64,000 nucleotides of DNA from an uncultured Actinomycetes bacterium (GCA_963771385.1 CAVYTE010000017.1:6096-70095), one strand, 5' to 3'; counted from the stretch's first letter, positions 1-10,636 are shown. Made by a program: numbers and translations. Notes: generated by a model not told the origin, from the sequence alone.

Positions 1-967
1 GCGCGCCTGCGTGAGCCACCGCCACAGACGCGGTCCGCCGATGATGGTCGTCACGAGCTGGCCGAGGACCCGGACCCGGCGGGCCAGACCCGGTCCGATC
101 AGCAGGACCCGCCAGAACGTGTGGGCCGCACCCCACCGATCGCCCACCCGGAGCTGCGAGATCCCGAGCGCGTGCAGGTAGAGCGATCGCAGCTGGGGCT
201 CGCGCGCGAACGCCGCCCGATGCTTGTCGAGCAGGAGCCGGATCCCCTCGACCTTCCTCGCCCAGTCGCGACCGACCCTGGTGCCCGCGAGCTCGTGACC
301 GCGATCTACATGGACGGCGATCCGGTCGGTCCCCGCGAACCTGCCGACCTTCGCGAGGCGGATCAGCATGTCCGTGTGCTCACCCCACACGAGCCGTTCG
401 TCGTAGCCCCCGCATCCCGCATGAGGGCCGTCGGCACGACGTAGGTGTCCAGGAACGCCCCGATCCGCACGCGATGGAACAGCGGCTGGAGCCGTTCGAA
501 GCGCTCCGGGGAGCTGACGAGCGGCACGACCTCGGCGGTTCCGCCCCGTTCGCTCGATCGGATCCCCGCGACGACCACGAGGTCGGACGGGAACCCCTGT
601 TCCCGAAGGACGGCGTCCTGCGCATCCCACTTCCCCGGGAGCCATCGATCGTCGTCGTCCAAGGTCGCCCAGATCGCCCCCGGGCCTCCGCGAGGCCCTG
701 GTTCCGCCCGTGCGGCGCCCCTCGAGCCTCCTCGTTGCGCAGGACCCGGACCCGGGGATCGGAGCAGCTGTCCCTGATCGCTCGCGCGTTCTCGGAGGTC
801 GATCCGTCGTCGACGACGATCACCTCGACGTCCTCGACCTGCTCGAGCACGCTTCGAACCGCCGCCGGCACCATCGCCGGGCGGTCCTTCGTGGGGATGA
901 CGACGGTCAGCACCGGTTCCGCCTCGCCTCGGCGATCGCTCGGCCCGCGTCCTTCGCTCGCGCTCAT
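1..967 (-). CDS. Family-2 (GT-A fold) glycosyltransferase; 3' end lies beyond window start; frame broken twice in this assembly
   Basis: ORF 380..967 begins 'EPVLTVVIPTKDRPAMV..VEVIVVDDGS..RGAPHGRNQGLAEARG' (GT2 fold with DxD). The homologous continuation lies in two other minus frames: 'AIWATLDDDDRWLPGKWD..', then 'GGYDERLVWGEHTDMLIRL..', read by hand down to nt 1. This implies 1-nt indels near ~675 and in the C-run 407..411. Confidence 0.75.
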
Positions 968-1008
968 CGTCGGTCCTGCTCGTCGGAGGGGAAGGTGTGC
1001 GGCACGTC

Positions 1009-2629
1009 CTAGACCTCGGGCTCCTGGTCACCGATCGGACCGAGTGGCAGCGAGGGCTCGATGTCCGCTTCGGCCTCGTTCGCTTCGCGCTCGCGCCTGG
1101 CTGCTCGGCGATCGGAGGCGAGCTGCCGGAGCTCCCGGACCTCCATGTGGAAGGGCCGTCCCGTGAGCGCTCCGGCGAACCATGCGATGGAGGCCATCCC
1201 GCGACGAAGAACGCGGGATCACGTCCTGGGCGAACGGAAGCTGTCCCGCGACGGTCGCGACGGCGACGATCACCGCCGAGAAGAGGAACAGGCTGACGGT
1301 ATCTCTGCGGAACGGTGTGATCCCGGTGCGCCGGTACAGGATCAGGCTGTAGGCGCAGTTGACGAACGAGTAGGAGAGGGTGTTCGACCAGGCCGCGCCG
1401 ATCGGCCCGAAGCGCGGGATCAGGAGGAACCCGAGCGTGAGGTTCACGGCCATCCCGACCACGGCGAACCACGCCATCGGTCCCACGAGCCCGAGCGCGC
1501 CGAGCGTGACGCCGTTGAGACCCGTCATCAGGATGGCCCAGTAGCCGATCGCGAGCACCCACGCGACGCTCTCCATCGTCGCGTAGGGCGCCCCGAACAG
1601 GAACGGGAGCACCTGTCCCGGGACCGCCACCAGGACGATCAAGACCGGGATCCTGATCAGGTACCCCCACTTCGTGACGGACAGGTACAGGCCCTTGAGC
1701 TTGTCGGTGTGGTTCCGGGCGACGTAGCCGGTCGCGATCGGCACGAAGAGCACCGCGAACGCCGCCAGGCCCTTCGTCGCGAACTCGGTGAGCCGCATGA
1801 CCGGCGCGTAGAGCCCGGCCTCCGCGGGTGAGCGGAGGGTTCCGAGCAGGAGCACGTCGGCGCTCCGCATCGCGAAGAACAGCAGCTGCGACGCCAACAA
1901 CGGCAGCGAGAACGCCACGAGCGCCTTCGTGTCCGACATCGTGCTCTGCGTGATCGATCCGACCTGCCGGCGACGGCGGACCAGCGCCAGGCTCAGCAGG
2001 AGGTCGATGAGGGCGGACGCAACGAGGGCGCCGGCGAAGGCCGCGATCCCGTCCGCTCCGGCGAGCACGAGGCCGCCGATCAGCAACACGTCGACGAGCG
2101 GGGCCACGATCCCGAGGAACAGGATGGCCCGGAGATCGCGGTAGGCCCGGATCACGGCCCCGAAGGCCGCGCGGAGGCTGGTGGCGAGCACCAACGGTGC
2201 CAGGATCGTGAGCGCGAGCGAGACCCCGAACCCGTCCATGAGGCCGGAGGCCGCGAGGATGAGCACCAGGGCGGTCCCGGCCAGACCCGTCACCAGGCCG
2301 ACGACGATGCCCGACCGCACCATCCGCATGGCCTTCGCGCGATCGCCTTCTGCGCGAGCGAAGGAGATCATGCGGACCGCGCCGTTGCCGATGCCGGCGC
2401 TCGTGACGGCCTGCACCAGCGTGACGACCGTGAGCGCGACCGCCATCGCTCCGTACCGCGCGGCGCCCATGGTCCGGGTCAGGAGCACCGTCACCACGAG
2501 GCCGGAGACGGCGGCGATCACCGTGTTCGTCAGCGACGCCGCCGCTCCCTTGCCGACCTCGGCGAGATCGCGGCGTGCGTCGTGCGGCGAGCCGTGGCTC
2601 GAGCCGATCGCCTCCGCGCTTCGTGTCAT
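1009..2629 (-). CDS. Wzx-like polysaccharide flippase (MOP / polysaccharide biosynthesis protein family)
   Basis: ORF 1028..2671 is ~500 aa with many hydrophobic helices ('LTNTVIAAVSGLVVTVLLTR', 'LPLLASQLLFFAMRSADVLLLG'), matching typical Wzx size and topology. ATG 2629 overlaps the stop of the upstream hydrolase gene (ATGA). The last ~60 aa look more protein-like in ORF 1009..1197, suggesting a frame switch near ~1200. Confidence 0.7.
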
Positions 2630-3492
2630 CGGCGGCCTTCGCGATCTTCCTCCGAGTACCGCGAACACCACTCGACGATCCGCTCCGCAGCCAGCCGCTG
2701 CACCTCGAGCGTCTTGAACGTGTGCATCTCACCCGGCACGACGTCGAGCTCATACCGGTCGGTGGGCAGGGTGAGCCGCTCGAGCGCGAACCGAAGCTCC
2801 GCCCACGCGAAGTCGCGCTCCGCGTAGAGGAAGTACACGGGCGCTCGGTCGAGCGTTCGACGCACGTCCCGAGCGAAGCCCGGGCTCACGCGCGCCTCGA
2901 GCGGGAGACCGCCCTCTCGCCGCTGCATCGCCGCCCGCGCCGGCCCCTGCTCAGGACCCGGTCGCCCCAGCGCACGCGCGAGCTTGACCTGCAGCCGGAG
3001 TCGGCGCGTGCGGGTTCGCGCGTGGGTCGGCGCGGACACGACCGCCACGCCCTGGACCGCCGGGATCGCGCTGGCGGCACGCAGGACGACCCGTCCGCCG
3101 AAACAGGTCCCGACCAACGCGATCCTGCGCACCGTGGTCTCCTGCAGCAGGAGTTCACACGCGTCCTCTACGGCCCACCCAGGCGGGTCCTCCAGGTCGA
3201 AGACCTGCGGCCTGCCGGACGAGTTGCCGACACCCGGGTAGTCGAGCCGGAGCGCGTACATCCCTCTCGCGGCCAGTGCCTCGGCGACGCGGACCCACAT
3301 CCCGTTGCGATGTGTCCGGTCGCGAGCGCGACCGGCCATCAGCACGACGCCGAGGGCCGATCGAGGCGCGTGGCTCGGGACCGTCACGACCGCCCCGAGA
3401 CGCTCACCGCGACTCGGGATGTAGAGCGGAACCTCCGTCGCGGACGCCACACGTTCGGTTCGCGCGCCGGATCCGCCGATCGTCGTCGTCAC
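2626..3492 (-). CDS. alpha/beta-fold hydrolase/acyltransferase, resembles 'hydrolase 1, exosortase A system-associated' type (copy 1)
   Basis: This is the C-terminal 288 aa of ORF 2626..3951: 'GVVLMAGRARDRTHRNGMWVRVAEALAARGMYALRLDYPGVGNS', with nucleophile elbow 'IALVGTCFGG' (Cys). GTG 3492 overlaps the upstream stop (GTGA). The subfamily call is from remembered family architecture, not a search. Confidence 0.7.
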   Translation of the reverse strand: MTTTIGGSGARTERVASATEVPLYIPSRGERLGAVVTVPSHAPRSALGVVLMAGRARDRTHRNGMWVRVAEALAARGMYALRLDYPGVGNSSGRPQVFDLEDPPGWAVEDACELLLQETTVRRIALVGTCFGGRVVLRAASAIPAVQGVAVVSAPTHARTRTRRLRLQVKLARALGRPGPEQGPARAAMQRREGGLPLEARVSPGFARDVRRTLDRAPVYFLYAERDFAWAELRFALERLTLPTDRYELDVVPGEMHTFKTLEVQRLAAERIVEWCSRYSEEDREGRR

Positions 3493-4481
3493 CAGACCTC
3501 CCCGGCCCACTCGACGGTTCGGCTCGCGACGTCCTCGAACAGCGCGAGGTTCGTCGCCAGATGGCCGCTGACCGGCAGCCCCAGCCCGAACGTTCCCTGC
3601 CCCGGACCCTCCGCGTGCGTGACGCTCACCTGCACCCCGAACCCCTCGAGGCGTGAGGCGCTCGTCGCGATCTCCTTGTCCACCCGAGGGTTCACCGCGA
3701 GGAAGAGCGCTCGTTCGGGGGGTCGGGCGATCGCATCCAGCGGATGCGTGGCCTGAGCGGCCGCATAGAACTCGGGGGTGAGTGGGAACCCGAGCAGGTC
3801 GATCTGCTCGCCGGAGGACAGGGCGTCCTGCAGCATCTTCGTGTTCGGCCTGGCGGCATCCGAACCGTCGCTCGCGTCGACCACCTGTGCACGCGAGAAC
3901 GCGCGGAGCAGGCCGTCGAGGTAAGCGCCGGGATCCAGCGATGGTTGCCACAGCGCCACGCCCGGGGCGCCGAGCTCGCCCGCGACCATGAGCGCGATGG
4001 CCGCACCGAAACGTGCGCCAACGGGCACCACCCCCCGGACGCTGGTCCGCGCGACGAGCTCGTCCCGCGCCGCGAGCACGTCCCGGACGTGCGTCTGCGG
4101 CGAAGCCTCCGCCAGACTGCCGCCCGAATCACCGTACCCCCGCACCTGGACGTAGAGCGTGGGGAACCCCGCCGCCGCCGCCCGTCGAGCGAAGAGGAGC
4201 TCGAGTGGGAAGAGCTCGAACTGCTCGAACCCGAACGAGTGACAGATGACGAACCCCACCTCGCGACGGGCGCCGAGGGGCTCCGCGAGCGTGGTGAACA
4301 GCCGCCCCTCGTCGGTCTCGACGAACCGCTGCTCCTCGGACCACCCCGCGTCCGGTTCCTCCAGCACGGAGAAGGCACGAAGCCGGTCGAGCACATCGAC
4401 GCCGACCGGCCGAGCGTCACGCAGGGGTCGGGGACCATCGGCCGGGTCGACCGAGGTCTCCTTCGAGCCGTCGTTGATCAC
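3489..4481 (-). CDS. alpha/beta-fold protein, resembles 'hydrolase 2, exosortase A system-associated' type (copy 1)
   Basis: ORF 3489..4559 contains 'FVICHSFGFEQFELFPLELLFARRAAAAGFPTLYVQVRGYGDSGG', with elbow-like 'VPVGARFGAA' (Arg where Ser is expected). The likely start is GTG 4481 after GGAG; ATG 4559 is the ORF maximum. Confidence 0.65.
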   Translation of the reverse strand: MINDGSKETSVDPADGPRPLRDARPVGVDVLDRLRAFSVLEEPDAGWSEEQRFVETDEGRLFTTLAEPLGARREVGFVICHSFGFEQFELFPLELLFARRAAAAGFPTLYVQVRGYGDSGGSLAEASPQTHVRDVLAARDELVARTSVRGVVPVGARFGAAIALMVAGELGAPGVALWQPSLDPGAYLDGLLRAFSRAQVVDASDGSDAARPNTKMLQDALSSGEQIDLLGFPLTPEFYAAAQATHPLDAIARPPERALFLAVNPRVDKEIATSASRLEGFGVQVSVTHAEGPGQGTFGLGLPVSGHLATNLALFEDVASRTVEWAGEVW

Positions 4482-4659
4482 GCCGTCACTCCACGTCGAT
4501 GGGTGCCCGAGTACGGGTGACACCGTACGAACAGCCGAGTAGTGACCGCACGCCCACACCTGCGTATTCCTGGTACGGCCGATGGACGAGGCCCGATGGC
4601 CTACGCGGGACTAGCCTTTCGCACCGCCGAACCACGGGCATCGGATCACGGAGGCGGAC

Positions 4660-7131
4660 GTGCAGGGACCGCGAGGGGCTTCGCCACAGCGTAGGCGCGT
4701 GGGATGGTCCCGTGCGCTGGGCGTGGCGCTCGGCTCGGCCGCGCTCCTGTCCTCGCTCCTCGTGGTCACCACCGCTCCCCAGCGGCCTGCGGCTGCGGCC
4801 GCCGCGGAACGGCCGAACTTCGTGATCATCATCACGGACGACCAACGCTTCGACACGATCGGGCGCTGTACCGGCGGTTTCGACGGGAACGATCTGGCCG
4901 CGGGCACCGACGCCTGCATGCCGTTCGTCCAGCAGCACCTCGTCGCGAACGGGACCACCTTCACCCGCGGCTACGTGACGACGTCGTTGTGCTGCCCCGC
5001 ACGGGCGAGCATGCTCACCGGCCGGTACGCCCGGCATACCGGCGTGATCAACAACCAGACGTTGCACCTGCTCGACGACACCTCCACGCTCGCGACCTGG
5101 CTCGACGCGGACGGCTACCGGACCGCGCTCTTCGGCAAGTACGGGAACGGGTTCGGCGAGAACCCGAACATGTTCCCGGCCGGGTACGTCCCCCCAGGGT
5201 GGGACGCGTTCCACGCATTCTGGGGCACGCCGGGCTACACGACCTACTCGATGGTGCACCGAGATCCCGGCGGCACCGCGGCGATCACGTCGTACAACGG
5301 GAGAAATGTCGCCCCGGTCGCGTGCGCGCCCGGCGTCGTCTACTCGACGGACTTCCTCTGCCGGCAGGCGGTGGACTTCCTCGCCAGCGACACGACCGAT
5401 CCGTTCTTCCTGCTCTTCGCGCCGTTCGGCCCGCACCTGCGTGAAGGGGACCGGATCGCCGCCTCCCGCTGGTCGACGAGCTATCAGACGCTCGCCCAGC
5501 CCCGTTATCCCAACTACAACATCCGCCCGGCGCCCAACCCGCCGTCCTGGATCCCGAGCCAGCCGATCACGCCGACCATCCTCGGGCGCACCGAACGGGG
5601 GTTCCGGGACGCCCTCAGATCGAACCGGGCGGTCGACGACGCGATCGGAGCACTCGTGGCTCAGCTCGCCGCCGACGGCCGTCTCGATTCAACGGTCTTC
5701 TTCTTCCTGTCCGACAACGGGCTCGCCCAAGGTGAGTTCCGCTGGAGGGAGAAGGGGTGCGAGTACGAGATCTGTCACCGGGTGCCGTTCGTGGTCGTGT
5801 GCCCGGCGACCTTCTGCCCCGGGGCGACGCCCGGATCCGTCGACACGGAACGAGCCGTGCTCAACATCGACATCGCCCCGACGATCGCCGACCTGGCGGG
5901 GCTCACGACCGCGGCCCCGTTCGACGGGAGCAGCCTCCTGCCGATCCTCGCTGACGCGGCGGCCCCGTGGCGCGACTCCTTCCTCCTGGAGGACCACGGG
6001 GTCACTCCGACGAACCAACCGATCGGGATCGTCTCGCTCGGCGCCGACGGGCATGTCTACAAGTACGTGGAGTTCCTTCGCCGGCCAGCGGAGTTCGAGC
6101 TGTATGACCTGACGTCGGATCCGTGGGAGCTCTCGAACCTGGCGGGCGACGGGATCCATTCGGCGATCCAGGCATCTCTGGCCTCGTCGCTGCGCAGCAT
6201 GTTCTACCCGCCGGTCCTGACGATCACGGGTGGCCCCTTCGGCATCACGATGCAGACGTCGGCGACGTTCACGTGGACATCCGACGAGTTCGCCGAGTTC
6301 GAGTGCTCCCTCGACGGACTCCCCTTCACGGCGTGTGGGTCGGGGACGAACGGATCGGCCGAGTACGTCGATCTCGGCATCTCCGACCATACGTTCCGCG
6401 TCCGTGGGACCGACATCGACCAGAACGTCTCGACGCCGGTCCAGCGGAGCTTCACCGTCACGGATCAACCGCCGAGCGACACGTCGCCGCCCACGGTCAC
6501 GATGCAGCAACCCCCGACCGACACCCTTCGGTCGACCACGCAGGTGAACGCGGCGTGGTCCGGCGCCGACGACACCGGCATCGTTCGATACGACGTGTTC
6601 GAGCGCGTCGGCCTCTCGGGGAGCCAGGTGTTGGTCCGGTCCGATCTCGGCACGAGCTACGTGCGGACCGGCTCGCAGGGCACGACGTATTGCTACCAGG
6701 TGCGCGCGTTCGACGCCGCGGGGAACGCGGGCACCGGTCCGGACCGATGCACCGGCGTCCCGTTCGACGACCGGAATCCCTCGGTCGTGTACTCGGGGAC
6801 GCCCGCCCCGGCCTCGGTGAGCGGCTCGTTCCTGAACACCCTCAGCGTCATGGACGGCGTGGGTCTCCAGGCGCAGCTGACGTTCACCGGCCGCAAGTAC
6901 GGTGTCCTTGCTCAACGGGGACCGAACTGGGGGATGGCCGACCTGTTCCTCGACGGCGTCTTCGTGCGCCGGCTCGACCTGTACTCGAGCACGATCCGAC
7001 ATCGCCAGTTCGTGCACCAGCAGAACGTCGCCTTCGGGTCACACACGGTGACGCTCGTCTGGACCGGCGCGCGGAACCCCGCCTCGACGGGCACGGCGGT
7101 CAACCTCGACGGGATCGCCCTGATCGGCTGA
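4660..7131 (+). CDS. Secreted sulfatase (formylglycine-dependent, Cys-type) with C-terminal Ig/FN3-like and beta-sandwich domains
   Basis: Contains 'NFVIIITDDQR' and 'SLCCPARASMLTGRY' (C-x-P-x-R...LTG motif). The N-terminus 'RRRVGWSRALGVALGSAALLSSLLVV' is a signal peptide. GGAGG (4650..4654) lies 5 nt upstream of GTG 4660. The 823-aa ORF is intact. Confidence 0.85.
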   Translation: MQGPRGASPQRRRVGWSRALGVALGSAALLSSLLVVTTAPQRPAAAAAAERPNFVIIITDDQRFDTIGRCTGGFDGNDLAAGTDACMPFVQQHLVANGTTFTRGYVTTSLCCPARASMLTGRYARHTGVINNQTLHLLDDTSTLATWLDADGYRTALFGKYGNGFGENPNMFPAGYVPPGWDAFHAFWGTPGYTTYSMVHRDPGGTAAITSYNGRNVAPVACAPGVVYSTDFLCRQAVDFLASDTTDPFFLLFAPFGPHLREGDRIAASRWSTSYQTLAQPRYPNYNIRPAPNPPSWIPSQPITPTILGRTERGFRDALRSNRAVDDAIGALVAQLAADGRLDSTVFFFLSDNGLAQGEFRWREKGCEYEICHRVPFVVVCPATFCPGATPGSVDTERAVLNIDIAPTIADLAGLTTAAPFDGSSLLPILADAAAPWRDSFLLEDHGVTPTNQPIGIVSLGADGHVYKYVEFLRRPAEFELYDLTSDPWELSNLAGDGIHSAIQASLASSLRSMFYPPVLTITGGPFGITMQTSATFTWTSDEFAEFECSLDGLPFTACGSGTNGSAEYVDLGISDHTFRVRGTDIDQNVSTPVQRSFTVTDQPPSDTSPPTVTMQQPPTDTLRSTTQVNAAWSGADDTGIVRYDVFERVGLSGSQVLVRSDLGTSYVRTGSQGTTYCYQVRAFDAAGNAGTGPDRCTGVPFDDRNPSVVYSGTPAPASVSGSFLNTLSVMDGVGLQAQLTFTGRKYGVLAQRGPNWGMADLFLDGVFVRRLDLYSSTIRHRQFVHQQNVAFGSHTVTLVWTGARNPASTGTAVNLDGIALIG

Positions 7132-7408
7132 GGCGCCGAGCGACAGGTCCGCCGGCCAGGCTCGTACCCCGTACCGGAGACTCCGTTCCCTGATGCATCC
7201 ACCGTACACGGAATACGTACGCGGGGGCGTGCGTGTGCAGTGCGTGCCTCCCTACCATGCTTGCCTGCCCTGCGGATGGTCGCGCGCATCGAACAGCCAA
7301 GGCGAACGGAAGGAGTGGCGTGGGAGCGGACATCGACGAAGGTCGTCTCGACCCGGCCATCTCCGGGCGCGAGCGGGACGGCCGCGAGCGGTCCGCACGG
7401 GCAACGTG

Positions 7409-8366
7409 ATGCGTGCGGACCCCGATGGTCCGTTGCCGGCGTCCGGCGGCGCCTCGCGCCTGGGAACGAGCACCGCCGTGTCCGCGTCCTCCCGACGCGA
7501 CCCCGTGACGGGTATCCGGGAGGAGGCCGCGTTCTTCGGTCCGGGCCCGGGGAGGCGGTTCGGCGTCCTCCACGTCGCCGCCGGGTGAGCCGATCGCCGG
7601 GTTGGTGATCTGCGGTCCCTACCAGGCCGAGGTCCAGCGCCACTATCGACGGGAGGTCCTGCTCGCGCGTCGCCTCGCCGACATGGGGATCGCGGCGCAA
7701 CGGTTCCACTACGCGGGGTTCGGGCACAGCGACGGGGACCCGTCGGCCGCCACCTTCGAAACGATGCGCGAGGACGCGCTCGCCGCTGCCGATCATCTCG
7801 TCCGTGCCACCGGCGCAACGACGGTCGGGTTCCTCGGCACCCGGTGGGGCGGGCTCGTCGCCGCCTCGGCGGTCGCCGAGCGAGGCGGACACCTGGCCCT
7901 GTGGGAGCCGGTCGTGGATCCCGCGCGGTACTTCGACGAGATCTTCCGGTTCCTGATCATGTACCAGCTGAAGGAGGATCCGGCGGCCACGATGTCGGAG
8001 ACCAGCGTGCTCGACGGACTCCGACGCGAAGGCTCCGTCGACGTCCTCGGTCACCCCGTCGACCTGGCGCTGTACGAGAGCGCCGTGGGGATCGGTCTCG
8101 ACGGTTCCGTCGCCGATGCCGCGGACGCCGCACTGCTGATCCAGATCGGCGTGGGCAAGAGCCTGCGGCCCGAGTACGCGAGCCTGGTCGAGTCGTGGAC
8201 GCGACGCGGGCTCGACACGCAGACGCACGTGATCCGGGAACGGGAGGCGTGGTGGATCAGCGGGCACCGGTGGCCGATCCACGAGGTCCACGCTCCCACC
8301 ACGAAGCTGCTCGGACTCACCACGGGCTGGATCCGTGAGCGGCTCGGATCGGACGGCGCCCGGTGA
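7409..8366 (+). CDS. alpha/beta-fold protein, 'hydrolase 2'-like (copy 2); one frame break
   Basis: ORF 7602..8366 contains 'ICGPYQAEVQRHYRREVLLARRLADMGIAAQRFHYAGFGHSDG', with elbow 'FLGTRWGG' (Arg). The N-terminus continues in ORF 7193..7588 ('EEAAFFGPGPGRRFGVLHVAAG'), with the break at ~7585. The start (ATG 7409 or GTG 7406) is uncertain. Confidence 0.6.
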
Positions 8367-9323
8367 CCCTGATCGACGGCATGCGGGTGGCGACGAGCGA
8401 GCAGGAGACCCCGGTGTTCTTCCCCGCGGGCGCGGACACGCTGTTCGGCGTCCTCACCGAGCCGACCGGCGAGCCGAGAGGCACGGCCGCGATCCTGCTC
8501 GTCGGCGGCGGAACCATCTCGACGAACCGCAACCGCCTGTTCGTCCCCCTCGCTCGCCGGCTGAGCGCCGACGGGTTCCACGCGCTGCGATTGGACTACC
8601 ACGGGGTCGGGGAGAGCAGCGGGGTGCTCGCGGGTGCCCCTCGGGTGGGCGACCCGTTCCTCACCGATCTGCAGGGAGCGGTCGACTGGTTCCGCCCAGG
8701 AGGAACGGACCACCTCCTGCTGATCGGATCGTGCTTCGGTGCCAGGACCGCGCTCTCGGCTGCTCCCGAACTCACCGGCGTGCAGGCCGTCGTGCTGATC
8801 TCCCCGCCGCTCCGCGACCTCGCGATGGACGAGGAGGTGGGCACGCGTCTCGCCTACCGGGTGAAGGGCAGGCACGCGATCCGGCGTGCCCTGTCCCCCA
8901 AGGCATTGCGCGCCTGGCGCGACCCGGCGGCCCGCCGCACCTACCTGCGCTTCGTCAAGGTGAAGGCCTCGATGCTCTGGCGGCTGCCCGCGCGGGTGTT
9001 CCGCCGCGGCGCCGACGACTCGTGGGTCAGCCGGGCCCTGCTCGAGCCGATCCAGGCGCTGGCTCGGCGCAAGGTGCCGGTCCTGCTCGATCTTCGGCAC
9101 GAGGGACTACCACTACGACGACTTCCTCATCGCCCAGCCGGGCCGGCTCGGCAAGGTGCTGAAGGGTGCTCCGCTCACGGATCTGGTCGTCCTCGAGGGA
9201 CCGGTCCACGGGTTCCCCAAGATCGACGTGCAGGAACGTGTGCTGGACGTGATCTACGAGTGGATCGACCGCGTGCTGCCACGTGGTTCGGACGACGGAT
9301 CGAAGGGATCGAGCGAACGATGA
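8363..9323 (+). CDS. alpha/beta-fold hydrolase/acyltransferase, 'hydrolase 1'-like (copy 2); one frame break
   Basis: This is the first part of ORF 8363..10636: 'AAILLVGGGTISTNRNRLFVPLARRLSADGFHALRLDYHGVGES', with elbow 'LLLIGSCFGA' (Cys). After ~9089 the homologous frame reads 'IFGTRDYHYDDFLIAQPGRLGKVL..VLEGPVHGF..' and ends at TGA 9321..9323. GTG 8363 overlaps the upstream stop. Confidence 0.65.
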
Positions 9324-10636
9324 CGGAAGAGCGAATGACGGCGGCCGACGTGATCATCGTCGGCGGGGGTCCCGCGGGGGCGACGCTCGGCGGCCTGTTC
9401 GCACAGAGCGGGCATCGGGCGCTGATCCTCGAACGCGACATCCATCCCCGGGACCACGTGGGCGAGTCGATGGTGCCCGCGAACAACTTCGTCTTCCACC
9501 GGCTCGGGTTCCTCCCGAAGATGGAGGACGCCGGGTTCGTGCACAAGGAAGGCGTCGGTTGGACCGCGCCCCGGTCGAAACTGTGGGCCCTCGTGTCGAT
9601 CCGGACCTCGGACTTCCCGGCCCCGAACGCCGTCCAGAAGTACAGCTACAACGTCGAGCGTGACGTCTTCGACACGCTCCTGCTCCGCCACGTGCACGAG
9701 CTCGGGGCCAAGGTGCTCCAGGGCGTGAACGTGAAGCGGGTGTTGTTCGAGGGCGATCGGGCGGTCGGGGTTCGGGTCGAGATGACCGAGGGGTGGGAGC
9801 AGGACCTGTTCGCGAAGGTCGTGATCGACGCCTCCGGCCGCAGGTGCCTGCTGGCCAAGCAGCTGAAGGTCAAGCAGAAGGACGCCGACTTCAACCAGTA
9901 CTCGATCTGGTCGTGGTTCAAGGACGTGGAGGACCCGCCACCCGGCTACGAAGGGTTCGTGATCTTCCATTTCCTCGGGCTCGAGCGCGCGTGGGGGTGG
10001 CAGATCCCGCTGCGCAACGGCGTGAACTCGATCGGGGTCGTGACGGACAAGGCCGACTTCCAGAAGTCGGGTCGGACACCGGAGGAGTTCTTCGACAGCC
10101 TCATCAACCGGAACCGCACGTTCGCGCACGCGATGCGGAACGCCACGCGGACGCGACCCTGGTGGATCGAGGCCGACTACTCGTACCAGATGGACGAGAT
10201 CACCGGCCCCGGCTGGCTGATGATCGGCGACGCCTTCCGCTTCGTCGATCCGATCTTCTCCTCCGGCGTCGACGTGGCGCTCAACTCCGCGTCCTTCGCG
10301 CACGAGGCGATCCTCCATGCCTGGGAGACCGGGGACGAGAAGGCCGCCTTCGAGGCGTACGCGGAGCGTGTGACCAGCGGCGTCGACGTCTGGTACGAGA
10401 CGACGGACCTCTTCTACAAGCTGCAGCAGCTCTTCGGCCGGTTCGCGTTGGATCCGCGGTATCGAGAGGACATCGCGCGATCGCTGCAGGGCAACCCGTA
10501 CCAACCGCAGAACCAGGAGCGCTCGCAGCGGATCCTCGAACTCATGCGCGAGGCCTACGACCAGGTCATGTCGGACCCGGACAACCTGCTGCGGCCGGGC
10601 GCGCTCGACCCCGCCCGCGCCGGATCGACGGGCTGA
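9320..10636 (+). CDS. FAD-dependent enzyme of the flavin-dependent halogenase type
   Basis: Starts at aa 320 of ORF 8363..10636. It contains '[15 protein letters not shown]' (GxGxxG), '[10 protein letters not shown]' (WxWxIP signature) and '[17 protein letters not shown]'. ATG 9320 overlaps the upstream stop (ATGA). Confidence 0.7.
   Translation: MTEERMTAADVIIVGGGPAGATLGGLFAQSGHRALILERDIHPRDHVGESMVPANNFVFHRLGFLPKMEDAGFVHKEGVGWTAPRSKLWALVSIRTSDFPAPNAVQKYSYNVERDVFDTLLLRHVHELGAKVLQGVNVKRVLFEGDRAVGVRVEMTEGWEQDLFAKVVIDASGRRCLLAKQLKVKQKDADFNQYSIWSWFKDVEDPPPGYEGFVIFHFLGLERAWGWQIPLRNGVNSIGVVTDKADFQKSGRTPEEFFDSLINRNRTFAHAMRNATRTRPWWIEADYSYQMDEITGPGWLMIGDAFRFVDPIFSSGVDVALNSASFAHEAILHAWETGDEKAAFEAYAERVTSGVDVWYETTDLFYKLQQLFGRFALDPRYREDIARSLQGNPYQPQNQERSQRILELMREAYDQVMSDPDNLLRPGALDPARAGSTG

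Noticed and set aside
363-2753. 796-aa ORF on the minus strand, plus many similar long ORFs elsewhere (for example 2575..3756, 5689..7017, 9254..10885, 16095..18080, 23462..25612, 54995..57121 upstream part)
   Set aside because: The translations are dominated by Arg/Gly/Pro/Ala low-complexity sequence and have no motifs. They overlap, out of frame or antisense, ORFs with clear family signatures. They are typical stop-poor alternative frames of ~70% GC DNA.
7319-7405. 28-codon ORF (GTG after GGAAGGAG: 'GADIDEGRLDPAISGRERDGRERSARAT') upstream of the second hydrolase-2-like gene
   Set aside because: It could be a leader peptide or the true N-terminus displaced by an indel. It has no recognisable features, is too short to evaluate, and lies in an error-prone assembly, so it is not called.
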